A stretch of DNA of 64,000 bases from Nageia nagi (Eukaryota; Plantae; Pinophyta). Under the pieces are notes generated by a model. It saw only the letters and a program-made list of their open reading frames with translations. It was not told the DNA's origin and searched no databases. The translations under genes and the position numbers were made by a program. Location: assembly GCA_050084985.1 (NCBI GenBank), contig JBITNC010000001.1, forward strand, positions 64,914,001-64,978,000, given 5' to 3'. Positions 26,318-39,349 of the stretch are shown piece after piece; positions within the stretch are counted from its first letter, which is position 1; each line of letters opens with the position of its first letter.

Positions 26318-28354
26318 TGTGCATCAAAATTCATTCTTAAAATGCACTAAGACACATAAATGAGTTAGTAACACATATAAATCTCAAGTCTACATAACAT
26401 ATATTTTTCTTAATTTGAATGATGCAAAGATTATGGTAAAGGTATGTCTAAAACTTCAAAGTATGCTTCAAAACTTGAGAATAATGATAAAGAGATCTAA
26501 ATGCATCTAACCAAGGTAGGGGGACCTCCAATTTAGCTACCTTAAGGCATTTAAATGATATTGGAGTGAGTTGCCTCACTCTAAATGGATATGTGAACCC
26601 CATAGCTACAATCAATGAAGCTAATGAAATCAAGGATGTCTATTGTGCAAGGTGTGTATGCCTAGATGTTCTTTAAATAATTTGAATGGTGTAGTTAAGA
26701 AATCTAAGTTAATCCTTATAAGTATTTATGATATTTAAAAATAATTATATTTCAAACACTAAGAACACTTCAAACCCTAAGAATGTTAAATATCCTTAAA
26801 TCTCTAAGATCTATAGATACCCATAAGGATAATAATGTATTTAAACCATTGATTAATGCATATATGGATAAATAATTGAAATTCAATGGATGAAATGTAA
26901 ATTATAATAGATTTAGCCTAACAAAATACACTAAATGCACATAATGTTTAGTGTAGGATACAAGTGTTGAACATCTAAAGTTTTTCCATGGTGAGAGTGA
27001 ATTCAAACCTGTAAAAAACTTGAACATACACTAATATTTACAATATAATGTGAGATTCACCACATGAATATTACCATAATAGGTGTAGCATGAAGATCAT
27101 AAGCTTGGTGTGGTAGAAAATTGTTCAAAAGCTTGGAATCCTTGAATTATCCTTCAAACCCTGGCCTTCAAACCCTTGAGTAATCATGGAGGAAATTAGG
27201 AGCATAAAATCATAACTATGAAATAGTAATAATAGTAAGAGGTAAGAATTTTAATTTTTCATTGGACTAAGAAGAGTAATCAGCCTTCCACCTCTCCATC
27301 CAAAAGTAGGATTTCTACCCCATCCTTAAGCCCCCATGAAGGACTGATAGATTTGCCTAATTAGACTACCCAGGAGATCCTAAAACCCCTTTCCTTGGCT
27401 CTTGAAGATGTTCAAAAGGTTGAATTGATGAAAGGATAAATAACTAAATCTAAAAAGGATTTGAATGATCATGGAGCTGAAGTAAAAGGTAGTCTTGCTT
27501 ATGAAAAGCCTACAGAGGTAAAAGAGGTATAGATGGAGAGTGAGGCACATAATTTAGCAATCATAGTATGGCCATTAGCTTCTCAGTTCTACCTTTGTAG
27601 GCTCAAATAGCCCCTGACCCTACCCTAGCGCAACCTAAGCCCTCTCAGGCTACAGGAGATACTCTACGAAAGATGGATGATGTCTCACCTAAAAAGAGGG
27701 CTAGTGAGGAGATTCATAGAGCTGTAAATAAGGAGAAACATCCCAAGCTTCTAAATATCAAACCTCATGCATGGGTACTAGTAGAGCAACCCATCCCAAA
27801 ATCAGATTCTTTAGTTCTTTAGTTCAAGGTTTATACTAGAGTAGAAGTAAGGAAAATGCAAACTGTCCTATAGTATTGTATTAGTATTACAATTTGTAGT
27901 AGTTTGTTAATATATTTTATTGTAATTTGACTCGAAGTCTTAGCTATGTTTCAAGGATATCTATGTATCATTTTTGCTACCACTAGGTATTGCTAAGTAG
28001 CGATTTCGAGAAAAGAAACCAATTTTGTGATTGATTTTTTGGGATCTAGATTAAAACCCTATGTTTTGGTAATATAATTTACCCTTATTATCAAATTTAA
28101 TTTTGCATTATGTTATATATCTCTTTTACAACTTAAGTTCAATAGGTATAGATACCCACTTTTGCACTTTATTTAAGTTTTAATTCATTTTATCTCTTTT
28201 TCAAATATTTTAACTTTTTAAGAAATATTTAGCTCTTTTAGAATATTTTAACTTTTTGATCATTAAGATATTATAAATTAAGCAACATCATCAATTAAGC
28301 ATGCCAATGCAAATAATCCATTCTATTGAAAATGTTTATTTTTTTATGTCTACA
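26318..28354 (-). repeat. 5' LTR of the Ogre/Tat element, containing an 832-bp insertion
   Basis: Collinear with 2133-3326 except for 27264-28109. Confidence 0.92.
27264..28095 (+). mobile_element. 5'-truncated non-LTR (LINE-like) fragment inserted in the LTR
   Basis: Absent from the partner LTR; 14-bp TSD tttaatttttcatt (27250-27263) / tttaattttgcatt (28096-28109); 3' motif gggatctagattaaaaccctat resembles the LINE end at 56132-56157. Confidence 0.68.
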
Positions 28355-28670
28355 CTTAATCATCACCAAGAACTTTATAACATTTCCCCTTTGACCAAGA
28401 ATAGACATGAAACTCTTTCAAACAACTAAACACTTTCAAGGACCCTCTTTATTTCTTTTTTGCAATAGTTTTTTCCTCAAATCCCTTACTCAATATAAGG
28501 TCTCCTACTAATTGAAGTGAAAATAGTACATGTAGATGACATCAAAAGGAGGGGACCCAAGCTATTATTGTCATTATTTAGGAAAGTATTTATTTGAATC
28601 TTATTTATAGATTTTTTTTCTTTTTAATTCACTTTAGTATGTAGTCTTGGTTCCTATCACTACATTTCTA

Positions 28671-29290
28671 AAAGGGGATATGTGGACACCTAAATTTAAT
28701 TTTTGATTTCTTTAAAAATTATATTTTAGGTATCTAAATAAAAATTATTTAATTAGATGAATTTCTAAAAACCATCCTTAATTTATGGATGTATGAATCA
28801 ATGTGCTCTATTTTATCAATGCTTACAAGTTTTTAAAGGAGGAGGGAATCTCATTATCAATTCTTATCGTAATCAAGGTCTATCAAGTTTGTAATCAATT
28901 ATGTCTTAAACAATACTCTTTGATTATCAAGAACATCCATCAACATAAGATTGATCATCCAAATGAGGTCCTCTACAAATCTGTCTTTGAAAGGATTGAT
29001 AATCATGTAGGAAATGGACTAATCATGCACCTAGAATTACTAGTGCTTTATTTTTATGATGCCTCAACTCTTGGGAAAGATGGATTCTTATATTAACCTC
29101 CCAAATATCAAACTTGATTTTTGTTAATAAGTATAACTACTAAATTTCATTTTGTACTTTGCTTGGTTTGTAATAAACAGATAGGAGCCTAATTGTTATC
29201 AAGAATTGTTTTAATCCACTATCATACTAATATAGGTATAAATCTCATCTAAACCATTTTAAGTTAGGAGTGCAAGTGAGAATTAACCAT
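28671..29290 (+). mobile_element. Possible PPT and LTR start of an older Ogre-like element (the host of element 2133-28354); right end uncertain
   Basis: aaaggggata followed by tgtggacacctaaa, similar to the Ogre LTR terminus tgtagacactaaaa. Confidence 0.4.
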
Positions 29291-30660
29291 TGTCATATAA
29301 TAAAGTACATTCTTGCTATATCATTGTCAAACTTTCAATTTACTTCATGTAGATTCTATTGCATTTATTATTATTAATTTAATACATAAATCAATTTGAA
29401 GTATCTAAAATAAACATATATAATAATTTCATTTTTTCTATTTTTAAACATGCATATATTTTATATTAGAGAATATTCAAAAGAGCAGTGTTCAAAGTAT
29501 TATAATGGCAATTTTTTTAGAAGAAATTTCCTAACATCTTCATTTGATTTTCAATCAAATTTTAAACTCCTAAAATTAAATTTTAAACATTCAAAAATAT
29601 TTTTATACATTTTAAATGAACATAAATAATGATCATTAACATAACTAAAAACTAAAATAACTTTAAAACACTTTCTCATGCTTATAAAAAAGTTAAAAAA
29701 CTACTTTCTGAAAATAAAATTTATAGTAACAAAATATTAACAAATTCTTTAAAGAATAACTCGTACCAAACTTTAGTAATTCAATTCGTAAATTTTATTT
29801 ATTATATATAATAACACCTTAAAATATTCATTAATATTATATTTTTAATAAATTTAGTTTATATTTTATATTAATATTTTAACTTTTTTTTCTAATATTC
29901 ATATTACTTAATTACTCAAAATGAATAAATAATGATTTTCAACTAACTCTCAAAGAATAAATCTATAATGTATTAATAAATTAATTTTCAAAAATTGAAT
30001 AAATTAATTTTTTAAGTTTTATTATAAGAATTTGTGCTAAATTTAATGTTTAATCAAATATCAATTTAATGTGAAATTCTGAATCCATTTCAAGAGAGTT
30101 AGGGGATAAGGATAAGTACAAATTCTCATTAGTAAAGTTTCAAATTTCAATCCCTCACACCCTTGAATGTTGGTATCAGAAAAATATGTAACATCATTTA
30201 TCAAATTCTCAATATCAAATTTGATCCTTATTCCATTTTAGGTACCAGACATACATGCTATGTAATAACCTACTACAACTATCTGTCCCATAGATATAAT
30301 TTACCTTTACCATTATAAAATTAAAGATTAAATTTTTTTATTAATAAATAAAACAGTTTTTATAAGAATTAAACATAAAACACAAATCCTAACATGATCA
30401 ACATACAATCAACTCAACTGTAACCAATTCCACGACTATTCCTTTCAACAATTAAATAAAACTGTGATGACGAGGAAGGTTGTTTTGTCAAATAAACTAT
30501 ATGACCTTTCAATTCCAACAAAAATGTGCAATAAATGTGGTAGTGGACATTACCCTAACAACCACGCCACTTTTGGACCAAGCATAGACTGTTAGTCATC
30601 TTTTGTCAATGATGGATCTCTTCAAGAGTATAAATCCATTGCAATTATGACTTTTCAATA

Positions 30661-30786
30661 GAGCCGTTGGAGTGGAATGCAATGCCATGAATGGATTCCA
30701 CTTGAACAATCCAGCAGCACATTACAAAGAAACTGTTCCAACTCCGAGCAACAAGCAATAACTAACCGTTGGAAACCTTAGCCGTT
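30661..30786. promoter_or_regulatory. Cluster of three CCGTT (MSA/MYB3R-like) motifs upstream of the gene
   Basis: gagccgttgga (30661), taaccgttgga (30763, full TRRCCGTTRGR match) and tagccgtt (30779). Confidence 0.3.
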
Positions 30787-31280
30787 TGCATGTCCTGAGC
30801 TGGTAATATGCCATGGCGTACGTTACAGTTACCAAGAGAAAAAACTGTGAAGATAACATGTGTCTTCTGTTTGTTGGGTAGAGTGTCAAAAATGTCTCCT
30901 CACATTATCAAGTGGTGGAACAGCTGGGTGATGGTTGTTATTAAGGTTGTCATAATGGTGGCATTGGATGCTTTTGGGGTTGGGAGTTGGGGAATAGAGA
31001 TAGGCTCAAATTGTTTTGGATTCGGTGGAAATGAAGTGGCATTCAACAGGAACCAAAGATAACGAACTCTTTTTTCAGCTAGATATTTTTATTAATGGAG
31101 CGGCCTTGATGCATCGAAGTGGCCCACAAACTCATCTCAACCAGGCTGGTCCAGATATTCCCTAAGCTCTTTGCTTAGTGGTTTGTCATAATATCTTGTT
31201 TGGTAGGAGATATGACTGGGCTTTAAATAAGATTATGTTGTGATTATTGATTTGTGGTGATTTGAGGAGCTGTGAAGGCC

Positions 31281-31759
31281 ATGGCTAGGAAAATCATTGT
31301 TCTGTCTCAGGTCTTGTGTAGAAATGGTTGTGATGAGTATGTGCCCATTACTGCCAAGGAAGAAGAGGTGACCTCAAAAAGGAGTTCTGATAGAATGGAG
31401 GCTGGTTTTTGTGGGTGTTGCCGCGGAGCTTCTTCCAAGTTCATTATATCTATTTCATTACATGATGAGAGCATTTCTGGGCTTTGGAAATGGTTGTCGA
31501 AGTGGGTGAGTGCGAAGAAGAGAATGGTGGGAGAATGTGCGTTGAAGGGAAGGTGATATTGGAGCGTACACAGGTGGTATGGAAGCGTGTTTACTGGAAG
31601 GTGAAGTCTGAGTTGAGAAAATCCTTGAAACCCAAAGAAAGGCAGAGATTTACATACGATGCTGAGAGTTATTCGCAGAATTTTGATGAGGGCTGCTGGA
31701 AGGAGGACAATTTCCATTTTTGTGCTCGCAAATTTGGTGCTGGTGGGGAAAGCAATTGA
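31281..31759 (+). CDS. Small plant protein of the uncharacterised YDxxSYxxNFDxG-motif family, split over two frames (frameshift, assembly indel or intron)
   Basis: gccATGG start; frame A MARKIIVLSQ..GFCGCCRG..LWKWLSKW stops at 31556; frame B WKRVYWKVKSELRK..RFTYDAESYSQNFDEG..ARKF ends at 31759; CpG retained; TATA-like tttaaata near 31222. Confidence 0.72.
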
Positions 31760-32347
31760 ATTTGGGTCATGGGTTTTGGTCTTGATTATGGTATTGGTTT
31801 TGTGATTTGGGGATGTAGCTGAATTTTGATAGTTTGGAATACATATCATTCTTTTATTCTTTATGGATCATATTTGTTGTTGTTGGACGTATTTGAAGCT
31901 TTCTTGTGCTTACGATGGCCACCGAATTCGTGAAATGATTAGTTTTTTATAGTTGGTTTGGAAGGTAGCTGTTATGTAAATTTTGTGCAGATGAAGCATT
32001 AACAGTTGAGATTGCAGAGTTTGTCGCAAAATGATGCCTCTGCGTTGTGGGTAATTTCCATTGCTATTATAAGGAATTAAAAACATATCCAACAAAAATG
32101 AAACAAACAGAACACTATGACCAGGGTATGTATGAAGGCAAAAGTAAATTGGCTTTGAGTTGTGGCTGTTTTACATGTTGTACGAGGATATATTGATACA
32201 GCTGTTTTATACATTGTTTACAGCTATTTCATACATGGTCTACTGCTATTTCTGTCTCACACAACTCAATAACCTTTTACCCACAACTATGTATGAATAC
32301 AGAATGAAGAGTCAAAGATAATTTATGCTATGATTCACGTTTCCATT

Positions 32348-33077
32348 ACTTTTGGTTATTATTATGAAGGTCCTGTTAGAAATGACATGCTTTAATAATT
32401 TCACCTATTTCTAAGGTCCAAAAGACAAAAAGATTCTTCCACCTTTTAAGTCTTGGATCTTGGATATTTAATAGAATTATTTTACCTCTGAACTTATAGG
32501 TGTGTCTCTATGCTATGCCTAAAAACGAATGTGTAGTCATTAGTGGTGCTCCCACAACATGGTGTACATGTTCAATTGTAAACCCTATGACATCACATTG
32601 TAAGCCTGTTTGGTCTTCCATATGAACATTGGAAAATAAAAAATGGAATTACTTAATAATGCTTTTAGATGACATGCTTTTAATTCATTTTATTATGATA
32701 AATAGATTAAATTAATTAGATTTGAATTATTTTTGTTTTCTTCTTCTTGAACGGTGTTTTTCTACTTTATTAGTATTGAATTCTATATGATTAATCTTTT
32801 TTAAATTATTTTAAAACTTTTTAACTATATTGCTTAGTATGTTGATTATCATTTTATATTCAATAAAATATAAAACATTATTGATTACATATTTTTTGTT
32901 GAACATAAAATAATATAAAACTTGTCATAAAACTTATTTATATGCTTCTTGTTGAAGTTCAAGCTATTATTCATTGTAAGATTAAAGGCAAACAAAATTA
33001 AAATATGACACAATAAAGTCATAAATATCTTCACCTTTATTGGAAGTAAATATTGCCATTTCAAACTATCATCTTAG
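32348..33077 (+). repeat. ~730-bp direct duplication, copy 1
   Basis: tattatgaaggtcctgttagaaatgac...aaatattgccatttcaaa..tcttag is collinear with 36225-36971. Confidence 0.88.
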
Positions 33078-35493
33078 ATGATTTTTATAAAAATGATGAT
33101 GAATGTGTGCTTTTATTTCAACACATCTTTTTAAAATACTTTATAATAATGAGGATGGATGTGTGTTCTTATTAATCATACTAATTAAGCCACTAACCCA
33201 TATAGCTAAAGGCTATGATATTGTTATTGTTATAATTGTCATAGTTCTTGTGAATATGTGTTAAATTTATATATTTCCTATGATATATTAATGGTTATCT
33301 TGTTCTAAAGCTAGTCAATATTATTCCTTTATAAATTTTGAATTTGATTTGTATTAATGTCCATCAATGACCAAAAGAGGTCAATGGGACTATCGAGAGT
33401 GTCTAATGCATTTCTAGAGAAAATAAAGTAAGAAAATAGTATGACAAATGATATACAAGATATGTCAATCATGGATTACTCCCAACATTCAAGGTTGAAA
33501 AAAGTGAGTAATATAAGACTTGGATGTCATCATCGATGATCTATATTAGATTCGACGATGAGTTGATCTTAGTGTATCTATGTGACCACCCTCATACTTC
33601 CTAATTGTGGCTTTTGAAGGTTAGAATAATGAAGTAATAAGTCAAAATCCTATTGTCTTTTGCAAACTATTACTAAGTAGTTCTTTCCTGATATTGAATA
33701 ATTCTCAAATGAAAAGAGCAATGTATCTATATCTTCATAATTAATCCAAGATTTTAATGTATGGGTATCTTTGAATAAGAAATAATATCTACCTTGTATC
33801 TAATAATAGACAAGATAGGTGAAAATAAAATGCTCCTCAAATTCCACATCAATATGCAAATACTTTGATCTCTAGGGAGGTGATGATCTATCTCAATACG
33901 TAGCTGGTGGGAGAAAACTTGTAGGTGGTTAGAGGAAACTTGAGGGTGTGTGACATCTTTATCAAGTTATATTTTAGAGTAGTGATCAATCCATTCTCTA
34001 GTAGGAGATAAAAGTTTGAGTAATGGAGCACTCTTGATAAAAGAGGTTCCTATATATCATTCCAAGTAGCTTTTAAATATGCTAAGTAGATCTCATCTTG
34101 AATATCCTAATTGGATTATGGTGCATTGATTGATGATTTAGTAGGAGGAAGTTCCATGATGTCTAAGCCAAGAGATTGAAGCAAAGTAGTAGTTTGAGCA
34201 TACCAATAATTTTTTATCCCTTGATTGGCCAATTATATTGAGGATTGTATTTCTATATGGATATATTCTCATATTTTCCATATAATAAAATCTATGCAGT
34301 AAAGAGACAACATGAAATAATGCTGATACAAATAATGGACAAGCACCAAAATTAGTTAAAATGATAGGACATGGAATAGTTATTTTGGAATGAATGAACT
34401 TGGACAACATTGAGATGAGGATCCTTTCAATATGAGATGAACCCAATTGTTTGAGGCTAGGGCCCCAAATTTCATAACCATAAAGTAGTGTAAGGGTAAA
34501 AAGAGTGTGGAAGAGTATGATATTCGTATTGATATCCTAAAACTAGAGATGAAAGCATTACTTATCCAGAGAGGCTTAGGTAGAATAACATTTGTTTAGC
34601 CTTACTTGAGATGTAGGTATCAAGTTGAAGGTAGGTCCTATGAAAAGAACTCGCAAATATGTGTACGATGTGCCAATCTCAATAACCTTCACTTTATATG
34701 TGATATAAATAAAAGAGAGATCTTTCTTGGGTAGGTTTAATATCATAATTTTTATTTTCTAGAGATTAACTTCTAATCCATGCAAGTTAGAGTATGTGCC
34801 AAGTATGTCTAGCTATTATTGAAGTGTTTTTGTTGTGTGTGACATTAGGATAATATCATCAACAAATAGCAAAATGATAATAACACTACCAAAAAGTAAG
34901 CAACATGTACTCTTAGCCAGAGAGTCCATAGTGAACACCAATTTATCAATATACAAAAGAGTGTAGGTGAAAGGGGAAAGTCCTATTTAACCCCCATAGT
35001 AAGTACTATGGACATCTTTTTTTTTTTTTTTATAGATCCAATTTTAACTTATCCAGTAACTTTTTCATATAGGGTCATAACAAATAAAGTAACCTCCTTT
35101 GGAATGCCTAGATCCTTCAACCTTTGAAGAAGTAATATTTTACCAACTAATGTACTATTAAAATTAACCCTACAATTTCTTGCATATATATATATTTTTG
35201 AAGTATTATTTAATTTATTGTATGCTAGATTACTGAAAAGGTATGATATTAAAAGATTTATAAAGCTAATCACCAATAATCTAAATAGTGTTATAAAACT
35301 ATTTTATTCAATATAATTATTATGTTCTTAGGTAATATTTTTAGAATGTTATTACACTTAGGATGGTTGTAGAAATTTGTATACCATTTACTTTCAATGA
35401 GATGATATTAAAATATATAATACAATTTTCTAATAATTTTGTTAAAGTTGTACATCGTTATAAGAAAGGAGTACAATCATATTACTAGCATCC

Positions 35494-36185
35494 ATGATAT
35501 CCTATATTATAATATAATCATCTCATTAAATAATAAATAATAAATCCTTAAAAAATATTTGTACATCTTGAATCTATCCTTATTAACTTAACGAATACCT
35601 TATATTTGGTATTGTACTAAAAATATCTCTTGCCATGAAGCATTTTCATAGCTCTTAACCATATGATACATTTCTCAAATACTATTGTATTATTAGAAAA
35701 TAAAAATAATAGATATAGTGATTGAATTAAGGAGTAATAAAAATTAAACCTATCCGTCAATTATCTATGTTTTTTTTACTCATCAAAATATAGTGCCCAC
35801 ACTTTTCTTCCTTATATTACCTAATATGATATCCTTTCTTGAAATATAATCAAGTTCAACCTCATGAAATAATAAAAAATAAGTCCCTAAAAAATATTTG
35901 TACATCTTGAATCTATCCTAATTAATTTAATGAATACCTTTTATTTGGTATTATACCAAATCATGAATATCTATCTATCATGATATTCTTGGCATGAAAT
36001 ATTTTTGTAGCCTTTAACCCATGATATATTTCTCAAATTTTATTGCATTATTAGTAAATAGAAATTCTAATATAAAACTAATGGGTATACTATCCACTTA
36101 AGGAGTAATAAAAATTATACCTACCCCTCCATTGTGTATGATTTTTTGCCTCATAAAAAATATAATGCCTATACCTTTGTTTTAT
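35494..36185 (+). repeat. Tandem duplication of a ~330-360-bp unit
   Basis: aaaaatatttgtacatcttgaatctatcct occurs near 35551 and 35890, and taaggagtaataaaaatta near 35728 and 36099. Confidence 0.85.
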
Positions 36186-36224
36186 CCTTCTATAATTACT
36201 TTAAACTATCTTTCACTTTTCTAG

Positions 36225-36971
36225 TACTTTTGATTATTATGAAGGTACTGTTAGAAATGACGTGCTTTAACAATGCCACCAACTGAATGACATTTAAGGC
36301 CAAAAGACAAAAAGTGGAAAAACATTCTTCAACCTTTAACTTTTGCAAGTTGGATATTTCATAGAATTCTTTTACCTTTGAACTTATAACTGTGCGTTTA
36401 TGATATGCCTAAAAAAGATTGTGTAATAACTTGTGTGCTCCCACAACATGTTGTTCATGTTCAATTGTAAGCCCTATGAGACTACATTGTAATTCTATTA
36501 TTAATGTTTGATATTCCATATGAACATTGGTAAATAAAAAAATGAAATTACTTAATAATATTTTAGACGAAATGCTTTTAATTCATTTTATTATGATATC
36601 TAGATTAAATTAATTAGATTTAAACTATTTTTATTTCCTTCTTCTTAGTTGCGTTTATCTACTTTATTAATATTGAATTTTACATGATTAATATTTTTTA
36701 ATTATTTAAAGTATTTTAATTATATTATTTAGGAAATTGATTACTATTTTATATTCAACAAAACATTAGATATTATTTATTACATATTTTTTGTTGAACA
36801 TAAAATAAAATTTTTCATAAAACTTGTTTACATCTTTCCCATTGAACTTCAAGCTATTATTTATTGTAAGATTAATGTTACATGAAATTTAAATTACTTT
36901 ATGATATGATAAAATTATAAATATCCTCACCTTTAATGGAAATAAATATTGCCACTTCAAAATTATCTTAG
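36225..36971 (+). repeat. ~730-bp direct duplication, copy 2
   Basis: Collinear with 32348-33077; ends at the approximate Copia LTR edge. Confidence 0.88.
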
Positions 36972-37479
36972 GTTTATAATATAAACTCACACAATAGCAT
37001 TCATGAAAATGAAGTAACTAAATGGAACTATCACATTCACTTAATCAAGACCAAAATGGAGATTGAATATATAAACTATATTACTAAAATAAATAAGCTC
37101 TACAATTATGGCAATATAACCCATATCAAGGTATAATAATAGGGAAATCAAAGAACTAAATGTTACAACCTTGAAAAGATCAATACAATACACCACATAT
37201 TAAAACTATGTTACAAAATAAATAACTATGCCTAAGTTTATCTCAACCCTAAGATTCATAAAGAATAGATTACAAAAGTTTCTTATGCAAGGTGGAGCCT
37301 ACGATTGAATACAAGAATCTAGTTGTAACACATGAACACTAATTGATAATAAAACTCTAGCAATGGCACTGGTAGGAGCATTAACACTGGTGTAAACATT
37401 GAAAATAACAAAAAAGATATCATTATATTAACTCAATATCTAATATTCTTCTCCTTTATGTTGAGTAAACTTACAAATG

Positions 37480-38880
37480 ATTTCCTTAACTTAAAAATTG
37501 AGATTTTATAACTCCTTTTGTAAATACATCTTCTATTTGGTCATGGGTGCTACAATGTCTCAATTCAATCTATCTTTTCTCCACTATGTCATGAATGAAG
37601 TGATATTTCAAATCAAATTTCTTTTTCCTGCTATGATGGATTGAGTTTTGTGCTAATTTAATCGTATGTAGGTTATCATAAAATAATAAGGTAGGTCCAT
37701 TTTTCTTCTCATTAATCTCATCTAAAACCTTACAAAACAATAATGCTTGAGAACCTACTGAAGTGAGTGTTATGTACTCTCCTTCAGCTGAGGAGAGTGC
37801 CATTGATCCTTGCTTCTTGGAGCTCCATATGATCAATCTAGACCTGAAAGAAAAATAATTTCCATCAATAGAATTTTGATCATCCAAGTTACTATCCCAA
37901 TCAAAATCACAAAAACCAAATAAATCCATTTTCTTAGATTTAAAATAATCGATCCAAAAATCAAGAGTACCCCTCACATACCTTAAGTTTCTCTTTGTAT
38001 CCTTCACAAAAGATATGGATAACTCATGTACCATGAAACTATTGAGATAACAAAAGAAATATCCAACCTAGTGTTGGTGATAAACATAAGACTCCCAAAA
38101 ATGCTCCTAAATTATTTTACATTTATTTTCTCAATCCCATTATAAGTTGCATACTAAGTTTGACAAATAAATATTGTGACATTATTTCAATGTACCTCTA
38201 TACCAAGGAAATAATGCATCAATCCCAAATCCTTTATTTCAAACCTTGCATCTTATTAGCCTTGAACTTATCATTCAAATTGAAACTACTACCTATGTAG
38301 ATCAAATTATCTACATATAAATACACAAGTAAGATATATCCACTTTCATTCTTCACATATAATGTAGGGTTTGATTTGCTTCTCTTGAAGCTAGTAAACT
38401 TAACAAAGCCATCTATTCTAGTGTACCAAGCTCTTGGAGCTTTCTTGAGGCCATACAATGCCTTCTTCGATTTGTACACCAGATTCTCTTTTCCTTTTAC
38501 CTCAAAATATTGAGGTTGTTGGATGTAAAATTCGTCATCTAAGTACCCATCCAAGAAAGCGCTTTTGATATCCATATAATATACAATCTAATGTTTATTG
38601 AAAATCAAGGAAAGGAACATTCTGACAATCTCTTTCCTTGCTATAGGAGCAAAGGTTTCTCCATAATCAATACCATATTTATGTATGAATCCTTTTGCAA
38701 CCAACCTTTCTTTATATCTTTTAACAATCCCATCATTGTTATACTTGTTCTTGTATACCCACTTAGATACCACACATGTCTTTCATTTTGGTATCTCAAA
38801 TAGCTCCCAAGTATCATACTTGATGATGGATTTGATTTCATCTTTCATAGTTTGTACCCAAATTTCATTAAGCTCATCAT
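37480..38880 (-). pseudogene. pol: Copia RT and RNase H remnants
   Basis: KWVYKNKYNNDGIVKRYKERLVAKGF; MDIKSAFLDG..KKALYGLKKAPRAWY..YLYVDNLI; WSSKKQGSMALSSAEGEY. Confidence 0.93.
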
Positions 38881-39349
38881 AAGAAGGCTAAAAAATAATA
38901 ATATAAAGTAAAAAATAATTTACCATTTTACATTTGGGTTCACCATCATCTTCATCTCCATACATGTGCATATTCTCAAGTCTTTGAACAACTTGATCTA
39001 TCTCTTGGGCTTAGCCTCTAGTCATCCTTTTATGGAAATTGTATCTAAAACTTGATAAGTTGGATGAATTTGAAGTGCTTTAGCCCACTTTTTAGTCCTT
39101 CTAACCTCTAAAAATATATTAGGAGACTCAATACTTTAATAATGGTTAAAATATGCTTTTCTTTGGACTATTTGACAAACTTATTATTGGAGAACTTTAT
39201 TAAAGAACATGAGTGCTAATATTGATTGGAGCACTAGCATTAGTGAGAGAAGGTTTGGGTTGCCCACAAGTATGCACACATGGATGCACTTTAGTTTTAA
39301 TTAGAAGAACTCTCAAAACCATTTCCATTAGCAACAATATTTTTTGATG

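Larger units (their letters stand above)
2133..28354 (-). mobile_element. Full-length degenerate Ty3/gypsy LTR retrotransposon, Tat/Ogre-type, with nested insertions
   Basis: Paired LTRs with TG..CA ends (2133-3326 and 26318-28354); 5-bp TSD CTTGA (2128-2132) / CTTAA (28355-28359); minus-strand PPT and PBS; gag, PR, RT, RH, aRH and INT remnants in gypsy order on the minus strand. Confidence 0.92.

Noticed and set aside
30808-31062. 84-aa ORF upstream of the gene
   Set aside because: No recognisable homology or splice support; lies upstream of the TATA-like box.
31540-31556. Programmed -1 ribosomal frameshift
   Set aside because: No X XXY YYZ slippery heptamer in the correct frame and no obvious downstream structure.
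31307-31849. 180-aa minus-strand ORF
   Set aside because: Antisense shadow of the plus-strand gene; no recognisable motif, while the family motif is on the plus strand.
32348-36971. The duplicated blocks as an LTR pair
   Set aside because: No TG..CA ends, PBS, PPT or TSD found.
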